Source: Spongospora subterranea f. sp. subterranea (taxonomy: Eukaryota). Taken from it: 36,256 nt of DNA. This document shows, piece after piece, positions 8,585 through 19,351 of the stretch (position 1 is the stretch's first letter; each line of letters begins with the position of its first letter). Position numbers and translations under genes: made by a program. The notes beneath the pieces were generated by a model, which worked only from the letters and a program-made list of their open reading frames with translations, was not told the DNA's origin and made no database searches. The DNA is taken from positions 434,001 to 470,256 of the forward strand of contig JAUGWO010000102.1 of the NCBI GenBank assembly GCA_049724395.1, given 5' to 3'.

Positions 8585-11500
8585 ATGGTGCTGCCTCCAG
8601 AGGAATTCGCCAAGCATCGAGCGTCGTTTGGTGACATCGTACACATAAAGAGCAACGGCAGAGATGGTCAGTTCTTCGCGTCAGTCAGAGATTCCTGACA
8701 GTAACTGTTTTCTAGGGGCAAGATTCCCTGCATATAAAAGAGCGGTGATCTTTGGAAGGTTTGCTATCGTATAACTTATGACACAATCCATCGTATAGCT
8801 AATGGTGATATGTTTCTAGCGGAACTTGCTGCGATATTCGAATTTTTGCCATCAATGCGCGCGAGCAACACGCTTCGTTGATGTTTGATTCAAAAGGATT
8901 CGCTTTGATCATGAATTTAGATCAGCAAGCAAACACGATCCTAAACGGTGTTGAAATCTCCAAGCCGACATTGGTTGGTCACATGAACGTGTTCGTAGTC
9001 GGCGACAGATTTTTTCGACTTGAATATGGTACTTCTGGATGAAACCATATTGCTATTTCTCGCTAATGCCTCTACAGCGCCTCATGTCTCGTGTTTATTT
9101 GATCCAAACAAACGTCTCGACAATACTCCGTTAAGTGTCGTTCAGAGCGCCTTGCCAGTCGACACTGTGGCGGTTCCGTCTCAGACAGAAGCTATTGGAC
9201 ATGATATCGTCGACTCGAACGTTAGCCTAAAACTTACTACTAATTCGCTCAACCTGTATGCTCAGCATTAAGCTTATCTTCGGTGTTTTCACTCAGAGCA
9301 AATTGGTCAGGACAAAACGCGAAAATTTTGCCACCTGCAACTCTTGAAGGCGAATCATGTTCTAACAATGCCGAATTTTTGTCACCTACCCGAACAAAAA
9401 GAACAAAACGGATTGCAACTCCAAAAGCTTTCCCAACTCCTGTGAAAAAATCCCTTCGCTCAATTTGCATGAAACCAATCCATCGGGGGCCTTCAAATCA
9501 ACCTGTAGATTTTTCTGTTGAACAGGATGTCGAACCAGTAGTCGATTCTGTACTGCCCTCAGTTGAACCGATCGATTCATTGTCAAAGGTCCGAGAAGAT
9601 ACAGAAAAAGGAAGTTCAGACAATGTATCTCGCACATCACTCCTAAGAGTTGCACGCAAACATGCCATGACACCCAAACCGTTTCCTCAATCGGTTCGTC
9701 AGTCGCTTAGGGTTCGCCGGGCTTCGTGCGCCAGTTCATTACTATCCGGTCACAACGAGTCCGTGTTTCCTTCTTCGAGGAAAAACTGTTTATCGGAATT
9801 ATCTTCAAGCTCGATAGCCTGCAGACCTGGATATGACAAGTCTGAAATCGAGCGGCTTGCAGATGATGGCGTAAATTCGCTACATCTGAGCAAATCTAAA
9901 GCAGATTTCGTCGCACAGGCAAATGCGGTGCATGAAAAATCCCATGTTGCACCGGAACAGGAACCAGTCTCACGCGATGCTTCTCCACCACACTTCTCAT
10001 CAATTGACGCACTTGCTTCAGCCTCGGTGCATAAAGGAGATATATTTTCTTCTTTGCCTGCGTCGCCTGTTGTTTGTGCATCGTCCGCTAGTGTCATTAC
10101 TGTGGACTTTTCTGCCATCGGGACGGATGCGGAGCTGCAAGGTTCTGGTAATTGCGCTGACGAACAAGACGGTATGTAAACATGTGAACACCCAAACAGC
10201 ATTAACAAAGTATGAATTTTTACAGATTCTCCTCCTGAAGAAACAATCGAAGCGACTGGACCCGGGACGTTGGAACACCCTCCAGTCCAAAATGATGGCA
10301 AGCACCCAATCTTTATCACCTGTTCTTCTGAGTCGAGCGTTAATTGCTCTGATGTTGTTTTGCAAGACGCAATGGTTTGCGAAGGTACGCCAGGAATCAG
10401 ATCTGTTTCGAATTCGATAACGACGTTGAATGTAGAAGACATGCAACCCTGCCTAATTGAAGAATGCGAGAAAGTCAACAGAACAGTTACGGCACAGCAG
10501 AAACTTTCTGAATCTGTTTCACCACTTCTCTCACCTAATCTCCCTACTCAATGCTGCAGTTCTTCTTCGAGCCCTCGCTGTACACCAAATATTCTCGAAA
10601 ACGTCAGCATGTCCCTCGTACCAACAAATAAAGGTTACCCAGATGGCGCGGGTAGTCACGATGTTGCCATCGCGGTCGTCATTGATATTGCGCGCGAGGA
10701 CATCGAAAACATTTCGTCCCAGCTTTCTCCCAATTCATCGCCTGATTTCGACGCCAATCCGATATCATCCCCGCCTGTGGCTCCTCAGCTGTGCCATGAA
10801 TCCTCCACTTCATCAGCTTTCATCAATCGACCGGAAACTTCTCAGGCAAATACTCCTGTTTTGAAAGACCCATTGCAGGATTTTGGCGAACGCGCCATGC
10901 AACTGCCGCCTGTTACTCCCCAGAAACTTGTTGAAGCAACTGGGCCTTTGAGTTCTTACGATCAAGTGGACTTGAAGAATGATGTCGCCACTCCGGAATC
11001 AGTCTACGCTACCAATGTTATTACTGTTGACATTCAAGACGTTTCTGTTTTCGACTACAAAACAGGTGGCATTCCAGACGAGGTCACCGCAATATGTTCC
11101 TTGACGCATGCCAAAGATGTTGTGACAGACGATGAACCGTCATCATTAACAGTTTATCCAACAACACAAAGTACTTGCAGAGTAGGATCGACTTGCGCGA
11201 GTTTTGTTCCTGAGTCTTGTGACGGTACTATACCTGAAGCGCAGTTATCGCCCGGTTCTGTTGAGTATCCTGCAATTAGTCCTCCGCATTCTTGTCACAA
11301 GGTTCCTGATGTGATTGACTCTAATTTGGAAGTTTATTCTTTGACCGGCAATGGTCCTGTTGCTGCTCAAGGTTGTGAAGGCGACGATGTGCTTGAAGAC
11401 GGTGTAGTGGTGGCTGTTGAGTCTGATGCTGGCACACGTGGAGCTCAGTCTTCATCCACCCGTAATCTTAGTCTTACAGGTTCGTCTGTAATCACGTATG

Positions 11501-13637
11501 ATAGCCAATTGGCCAATGACAACCTCGACCCCATAATTCTACCTGGCAATGATGCTATTGCAAAAGCTAACACCCGCATGGACTCCTTTCGAGAACGCCC
11601 TACTCTTTGCCTCAATGATACCGTCGAACTTGTAGACTCTATTGTTGTCACCAATGCGAGTCATGTTGATGGCATGCAGGAGGTCATGATGTCATCATAT
11701 CCCCCAGGTGTTCTCGTCCCTATTCAATTACAAAATTGTCCACAATCGCACGTCCTATCTGATGTTAAGAAAAGTGAAAATACCAGCAGTCAAGATCACA
11801 ATGGTGCTGACTCTGCTATCATAGAGGGACCGATTTGCTCCCTGAGTGACGTATCTGCTATTGCCAGCAACGAGGTTTCATCCAAAATCCAGAAAACCAC
11901 ATTTGCAGACGTCGAACTTGTAGACTGCATTGTTGTCACCAATGCGAGTCATGTTGATGACATGCAGGAGGTCATGATGTCATCATACTCCCCAGGTGTT
12001 CTCGTCCCTATTCAATCACAAGATCACGTCCTATCTGAAGTGAAGAAAAGTGAAAATACTTCCAGCAGTCAAGACCACAATGTTGCTGACTGTGCTATCA
12101 TAGAGGGACCGATTTGCTCCCTGAGTGACGTATCTGCTATTGCTAACAACGAGGTTTCATCCACAATCCAGACAACCACATTTGCAGATTCTGTCAGCCC
12201 ATTCAAAAGACTTCCAGATGATGGCTTGACCAGTGTTGAAGCTGAATCGTCAATATCCTCTCAACAATTTTATAACCCTTATTCATCGAGCCTCGTACAA
12301 GATGAATCAGTTTTTCCTGTGTGTTTTGCAGAAGAGTGTCCAAATTCAGCTGTGCAAGATGGGCAAGATTCAATAGCAATGCAATTTCGCAAAAGGAAGC
12401 TCCCACACGCTCCAACGTCTTCCTTAAGGGTTGAACTTAATCACGATCCACTTCAGGGCAACCTTGTTCCTGTCGCAGAACTTGTCGACCACAATTCGCT
12501 TCCTACTGCGAACAAGCGCAGTCGAACTCACCAAGTTTTAGCAAACAGTCCCATACAATCTCCTCAAAATCAAGGAAACCTTCCAGCTCACTCTGATCGG
12601 GTCCAAGTTTCCGATACTAACAGTGACCACGATGATGATCATGCTGACCGCATTCAAGTTGCTGTTACTGAACCCGATCAGGTTGATGTTCAAGACTTGC
12701 TGTCTCAAGGCAAAAGAGACGCAAGTACTCCTCAAGCTGTGGTCACGAGTCCACTACATCCTAATGAAGTACAAACACTTTGCACACAAAATCAAGGAGA
12801 CTTCAACGACCATGCTGACCGGATCCATGGTGCTGTTGCTGACAACAAATCCTTTTCTCTGGTCAAATGCGGGGCAAGCAATCGACAAGCGCGATCTCCC
12901 ACTGTTTTCTCAAACTCTCCGAGGCAGTCTAAAGAGGCAGAGTTATCTAATGAAAGCGTTTCTGGAGAGCAAGCATCTAGTCGCAGCATGAGGAAGAGTA
13001 AAAATCTGCGAAAACAGTCCCAAAGGGTAGCTGATGTCTCAACTGCATGCATTAAGCCTGAAAAAACCACGAGGCGAAAACTTGAGGTCGATTGCCTTTC
13101 ATCCGATAACGCTCCTGAATTGGATGATCGTCGGCAAACGCGTAATTTGCGTAATAGGTCAACCGCTGTGGCGTCCAAAAACCCGGCAATGGACGCGTTA
13201 TCAAACAGAATGAACCAAAAAACATTGTGGAAGAGATATTGGGCGATTTTGCAGCACCTAACAAAAGGGGAAAGGCTAATACTGTTGAAGTGGATGGTCC
13301 AGAAGCAAACACTCATGGAGACATTGGCAAACCGCCCAAAACGCGCCCATTACGTGCCTCATTAGCTGTCGATGCACATGTTGGAGAGAATTTCCAGCAA
13401 AAGGATGTGCAGACTAGAGTTGGAGTTGCAACTCGAAGATCTTCCAGGATCGTGGAAAAATCTGTCGTTCAAGCTCCTGAAGAGGTCAACACTGAAGCAG
13501 CACAATCTAAAAAAGAGACAGAGGTCGTGTCCCGAAGAATTAAGAAAAACAAAGAAAATTTTACGCCCAACAAACTTTCACCTAAACGCCCAGTCCGAAG
13601 CGTGGCAACCACACGGTCGCTTCGAAGTCACTCGTGA
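8585..13637 (+). CDS. Ki-67-like protein: N-terminal Ki-67-type FHA domain plus long disordered S/T/P-rich region and basic C-terminus
   Basis: Splicing introns 8667-8715, 8759-8819 and 9029-9077 gives 'FGDIVHIKSNGRDGARFPAYKRAVIFGSGTCCDIRIFAINAREQHASLMFDSKGFALIMNLDQQANTILNGVEISKPTLVGHMNVFVVGDRFFRLEY'; continues through ORF 9283-10179, intron 10172-10225, ORF 10270 onward, and frame 13227-13637 after a probable 1-nt homopolymer error near 13180. Confidence 0.8.
11623..12189 (+). repeat. In-frame tandem duplication (288 nt + 279 nt; ~96 and 93 aa)
   Basis: 'VELVD(S/C)IVVTNASHVD.MQEVMMSSY...TTFAD' occurs twice; units 11623-11910 and 11911-12189. Confidence 0.95.
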
Positions 13638-14073
13638 AATATCGAACACCTTAGGCATCTTCAACTATATAAATATATATCAATTGTCGTTATTATTGTT
13701 GCAATGCATATTAGAAAGGTTGGACATGATTTGAGAGTCCAGGCGGGGGCATCGTTTTTATGTTTTGGTTCAATGAGAAGTTCCATCAACGACAGCCATT
13801 CCCTGTGGAAAAGCGATTGATGTGAAGTTGTTGACATGATGAAATAATCGGGAAGATGGTGTGTCAACTTAACCGGTAATACCCTGTAATACCGTACACC
13901 ATTTTACGAAATTTAGAGTGGCAGGAGAGACCCCGTAAAGTCAAACACTAATTCGAAAGCGCGACAGAGGAAACTGTCCCCTTTCACAAGAACCAGGAAC
14001 CAGACCACATTCATTCCTATTGCAGTACCATTTACGACTTGGCGAGCAATTGCAAGTGGTTAGGGGATCGGTA

Positions 14074-16223
14074 ATGGATGCCGTCCCATATATTGACGAC
14101 TTAGTCAAAGAGTATCTTCTTTTTCGTGGATATACCGATGCATATCAGGCTTTCTGTGTGCAATCGACTGCCGAATTACCACTAATCGATGCGGGTAGGT
14201 GCGATTAATATGAGCTAGTCCGATTCTGTAATGATACAAACCTTGTAGGCCCTGTCGCCGATACACTTCGAACGCTATGCAAGAATGGAGATATCAACAC
14301 GTTGATGGATATATGGTCCATCATTTCTACCCGTTTCACGTCTAAAATGACGCAAAGAGAATTTTTTCATCAATCCAGCTCAGGGCTTTTGAGATCTCTT
14401 CAGCGGTGTTTAATTGTGGTAATGCACAGATGAAAAACAGTTCAAATGCCAATTTGCTGACGGCGTAAATTTTTTTTACAGGAAACTGTCCAATCCAAAA
14501 AACGATCGCTTTTATCGTCAATATTTGAGCGCATATTCCGCGATTCTCCTTCCGAATTAACAGATTCTTCACTCGAATGGGCTGATTGGTTAATGCTGCC
14601 CTACATACCTCAGCCTAATAATCATTCTCGTCTATCGCCTTTCTTCTCCCGGGCTTGGCGTTCATCTGTTTTTACTGCCTTGCATAATTTCCTCTCCACT
14701 GTTTTTAGTGGAGTACCTCTTCCATCATTATTGCAGTTACGTTTTGCTTCGCATTATTCCTGATGACCTCTGATGTGAGATTTCTTCCAGATTACGTACG
14801 AAGAAGATGCAGCTCGAAGCTCAAGAACAAGAAATCTTGAAGTTGAGAAGAGAAATTCTGGAACTAAAGCAGAGTTTCTCCGATTCGGCGTCAAGCATCC
14901 GCCGATCAGCACCGTTTTGCTCCATGAACGGACAAAGTTAATCTCCTTTAGTGCTGTTGCAAAATATGGATATTTTATTCCGTTTTGGTTCAGATTGTGA
15001 CCTGTCTGAGCCGGTTATTGATTCCAGTCAGGTTGAAAGAGCCATGTCGTTGCCATTGCTGTCGAACGAAATTGCAAGTAGCTTTCATCAGCGCCTCCTT
15101 GGTCATTCCTCAGCGATTACTTCTTGCCGTTTTTCGTCATCAGGTGATATGCTGGCTTCTTCGTCACTTGATGGAACCATTCGTGTCTGGGCGCATGATG
15201 GGACGTGCACTCCAGTCTTCGACATGTCGCCATGCAATTGTGTTGAATGGGATGCGAGGTCCCATAATATCTTATATTACGGGAACTCCAATGGAAAGAT
15301 TAAGGTCCATTTATTTTCGGATGTTTGTTTTTTTACAATACTTTTACTGGTGCCAACAGCTATGGAATTCGGAAAATAAGCGAATGATTCGCGAAATCAA
15401 CACTGGCGTTGAATCGTGTCCAAATATAATATCGGTGTGTTCTTCGCCGTCTGATTCGCTCTTTGTGGCGTCTTGCGCGTCGGAATCCCTAATCTCCGGA
15501 TTCCTTGGCGTCTGGTCTTCTAAAACTAGCCAGATGGCGCAGTCGTTCACTGCTGAGGTATATTCGCCTGACTTCAGAAGGTATCGCTGAATATATTCTC
15601 AGCCTGTAGGCGAACTTGTTTTATGTACAGCGTTCAATCATAATGGCACGTTATGTGCAATGGGTTCAACAGGTATGTGGCGGGATCTGAATTTATGAAT
15701 ACGGTAACGGCTTATTAGCTGCTGGGCATAGATGGATTCATTCGGTTGCTTGACCTTGCCAGCAACACTGCCGTTATGTCTTGGCAAGCGCATTCTAGAG
15801 ATGTTCACCGTATTGCTTTTGGTGCAGATGAGACGACGATTATCTCTTGTGGTTGCGACGATCGAGTAATAGAATGGAACCTACATCGCCTCGGTCATTT
15901 GATCCGAGAAATTGTCGTCCTTCCTGGTGCAGAAAGATCTTCTTCCAAGACGCGTCTCGACTTTGCATGTGATGAAGCTAACGCTAAGTTATGCATTGCA
16001 AACGGTATGAGTAATGCAGCGGTTTATGATTGGGAGACTGGTACATCGTCTTATGTTGTCCCAACTGCTGGAAAAGGCATCCCCGTATTAGTATGTGACT
16101 TTGCGTAATTGCCCAACATGTGAATAACGCTTGGATCAGGTTGACTGGTCAGCAGCGAGAAGATTATCCTGTATTGTGATGAATGACCACACTATCGAAC
16201 TCCATGCGTTGCCAATGTCTTAG
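14074..16223 (+). CDS. WDR91: WD repeat-containing protein 91 homolog, multi-exon
   Basis: N-terminus 'IDDLVKEYLLFRGY'; 'EWADWLMLPYIPQP...FFSRAWRSSVFTALHNFLSTVF..VPLPSLL'; short coiled coil; WD40 repeats ('GHSSAITSCRFSSSGDMLASSSLDGTIRVW'); stop TAG at 16221-16223. Confidence 0.9.
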
Positions 16224-16245
16224 TCGCTATCTATTTTGAAGTAAA

Positions 16246-17369
16246 TTATCCTTTATTACCACATCTCGGACCGAGGACGGACAGATCAGGGGTGCAGACT
16301 ATCCGGCGAGTTACGACGCCGAGTCGATGACATGTCAGACTTTCCTTATCGAGAGATATCATTTCTTGCCTAAATGGATAGTCCTGTTTCATGTTTAAGT
16401 GACAATGAGATCATTAAAAACATATACGTCTTACCGTGCCACTGTTGACAACAAAATCGACTTCGCCGCATCTTAGAAGTACTTTTCCAGACTTGTATAC
16501 AACGATTTTTCCTAGAAATCCGGATGGCAATCTCGGTCTATTTTCAGAAAACATCTGAGAAAGTTTGTCAAGGATATCATTTTCCTTGTTTAATTCAACG
16601 GCATCGTTTTTCAACTGAAAAATGTTACTTTTCTGAAAAGTATGATAACGCCGGACATACTAACTTTTTGATTCGTCGATCCTTCAGACTTGATTGATGT
16701 CGCCGGGACAGGAAGCTGGCATGGCAATTGCCAGAACATGAACTGCGGAGACGATGCTGACTTGTTCGAAGCGGTTTTCAGCAGAAAATCGGCGAGATTA
16801 GGCTGAAAATCGGCATCAACGGGCTTAATATCATCAGAAGCATTTGCTGCGGGCAGCGATTTGTTCTCATAAACCATTGGAAGCACTAGTGGCGCGAATG
16901 ATGAGGACAAGCCATCCATATCTTCATCATCAATATCCATATCGCCCGCGCCGTGATGTAGCGGCGACCCAGAAGGAGTCGAGGGATAGGAGGCAATCGA
17001 TGCGCCCACGCGAAGACCTCGATCATTGGGAACGAACGACGACGATTTCTTCGCATCATTGGCAACAAAGGCAACCGTGGTCTTAACTGCAGCATCGAAT
17101 TTTCTCGGGCGTACTTTTTCCAATTTTTCTGGACGCTGGACCACTTCCAACAATTTCGGTAATGTTGGCTTGACAATACCATTGTCTAAACACGTTGTCC
17201 GCCTAGGAGCAACCACAGGTGCGAACTATAATTACATTGAAGTTACTTTTTTTGCTTACAGGAGAACGCAATTCACCTTGCGAAGCCCACGGCCACGACC
17301 TCTGCCTCTTAGCCTTTCCTGGCCCGTTCCTAAGGCACCGAGTGGCTTGTTATCTGATGGATCTGCCAT
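16246..17369 (-). CDS. POLR3D: RNA polymerase III subunit RPC4 (C53), multi-exon
   Basis: C-terminal RPC4 domain 'FWQLP..LP', 'GFLGKIVVYKSGKVLLRCGEVDFVVNSG', 'QEMISL...LGVVTRRIVCTPD'; RG-rich N-terminus; stop at 16246-16248. Confidence 0.88.
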
Positions 17370-17550
17370 TTTTCCTAGTGTTCGTGAATTTTGGAAGTCC
17401 CCGACACTGCGGACTTTACGGTTACCGGCGCATCTGTTACTAAACAGTTTGTTGGATGCCATTACCGTTGACGGATACAGGTCTATTTTCTGCTTGTCAT
17501 CATGATTGTCAATATTATAAGTAGGGACTAATTGAGTAAATAAACGCCAA

Positions 17551-18069
17551 ATGGTTTCCCAGATGTTTCTCCAAGTTTCTCTGCGTGTTCCACCTATTGA
17601 AGTTTGCCCAATAAATCGTGCTGTGGTTTTAATATCGACCTTTCGGGCCGAATACGAATCCCCCCGCGACCATCGTTGGGTTAATGGAACAGGCCCAACG
17701 ATAGTGTGTCGTGGGGGGATTTGTATTTGGCACCAAAAGGACGATATGAAAACCACGGCTCTAATTATTGAGCACACGATCTGTTGTTCTTCAGACTTTT
17801 GCCTTGGGTGGCGATACCAATTTTGATCCAATTTTCCAAATTTGGTTTGACCGTTGTACTGTATACCGTAAGTACGGCCACCGGAGGGTGAAGTTTAGTG
17901 TCAGATCATTGAGCCTGGACGTGCCGTATTTTGAGGGCACGTTTTCAGACGGTAAGTATTTATAGCTTAAGAATTTTTGGAATCTGAGATTTGTTTAGGT
18001 TTTTGGCATGGATTTCAGATTGTTCCCTCCGGTGACCGCACTGCACGCATAGAGCAACCCAAAGTTTAA
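17551..18069 (+). CDS. Small hypothetical protein (putative exons 17551-17574, 17795-17951, 17999-18069)
   Basis: Clear GTAAGT...TTTAG intron at 17952-17998 joins 'PYFEGTFSD' to 'GFWHGFQIVPSG...PKV*'; first exon and start are tentative. Confidence 0.4.
17605..17774. repeat. ~170-nt imperfect fold-back hairpin (~75-bp stem, ~13-nt loop)
   Basis: Left arm GCTGTGGTTTTAATATCGACCTTTCGGGCCGAATACGAATCCCCCCGCGACCATCGTTGGG (17620-17680) pairs with 17694-17759; pairing extends to 17605-17614/17765-17774. Confidence 0.9.
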
Positions 18070-18090
18070 GCGTCGGATCAAGAAAATTGT

Positions 18091-19257
18091 CTAACGATGC
18101 AATGCCACGAAGTTCAAATAACAACAGATCGTCAATACTAATATTTTTTGTTCTTCGAATTTCAACGTCGAGAAGGGAAATTCCTTCATCGAACCTTGAT
18201 TAGTTAAGTTAAATGTTCCAGTTACGGAACAGTAAAATATGTTGGATTATCTTGGGGCAGCGTTCAGGTGGCTGACATTTCAGCTCAGATCGCGAATGCC
18301 AAATTTTCCTTGGAATTCCTACCGAAACCACCAGCGTTGTGACCCAATTAACGTAGCCTTTCTTGATCAACTGTAACGACGAGTTTGTGCATCGAACAAA
18401 TTGGGTTTGGTTTGACTTGACTTATGTTTTCAGTTCTGTGTATGCGTTCGATGATTTCGATCACTCGTAGCTTTGATAACTCCAACACCACCGTAAATAT
18501 CCATGACTTTGAATGTTCGCTCGGTTTCGCCACGACGACGTCCAGAACATATAGAGAGGGTTGCCATTTAGATGATTTCTGATCGATGTCGTTCCAGTCT
18601 ATCTTCAACATATTAACGCCTCCATTGATTCCATAAGTGACCGTTGCCGAAACGCTGGCTTACAATTCAGCCACTGCATTTTCACTGGAGGCGTTTCAAA
18701 TCATGCCAGATTATACACTGAAAATATTTCGAAACACACGCAGAAGCAGCATCTCGTGCGATCAAAGTTGCCTCAGCTCCAATGAGTTTATCAAGGTCGA
18801 TTGAGTAGTGCTGAGCCTTGGAGCTGTTGAAAACCTAAGACACTATTTTGAAATGTTTGACATGTTTTCACGTCCCGTGCCCCGTTCTTCCACCGTAGTA
18901 GGTATACGCAATGATATCGAATGATGTCCGCTGATTCAACAGATAGTTCTCGGATGGACATTGCGAATCCCAACAAAAAGTCTACACCCCCTGGTAGAAC
19001 TTTAACCAGAAGGTATTCCAGGTCGGGTTGATCAGCACTCTTTTTTCGATCGAGCATTAATTCAGGTGATTAATCCCACTACGAGTCCCGTGTAATCTCC
19101 GCACGAGGCCGCTACACACTGCGACTATCAGGTCACCCCGCTGGCGCCATCTTTCTGCCCAAGGGCCAGCGCAGAATAATTCCAGTTCCGCATCCGCATC
19201 GGATACAATAACGGTTGGCGGGCCGAGTTCAACTGCAGCCAGAAATCCCGCGGTCAA
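18091..19257 (-). CDS. Hypothetical multi-exon protein (both ends approximate)
   Basis: Series of minus-strand exon-sized ORFs (19057-19257, 18791-19057, 18348-18611) with plausible splice sites; no family recognised. Confidence 0.5.
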
Positions 19258-19351
19258 GGTTCAAATTCAAGTCCAGATAAGTCAATCTGGCTGGCTCGGC
19301 GTGGTCAGAGCCGACCTGACCTTCTCATAAAATCGGCGTCGGCTGTAATTC

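Noticed and set aside
9386..13316. Overlapping antisense and alternate-frame ORFs (e.g. 9750-10478, 12792-13316)
   Set aside because: Shadow ORFs of the long Ser/Pro-rich coding exons; no independent motifs.
13170..13365. Programmed frameshift or separate gene at 13227-13637
   Set aside because: Adding one A to the A5 run near 13177-13181 gives ASKKPGNGRVIKQNEPKNIVEE, joining the frames; most simply a homopolymer sequencing error.
19255..19275. tRNA/B-box-like GGTTCAAATTC
   Set aside because: No cloverleaf or A-box can be built around it.
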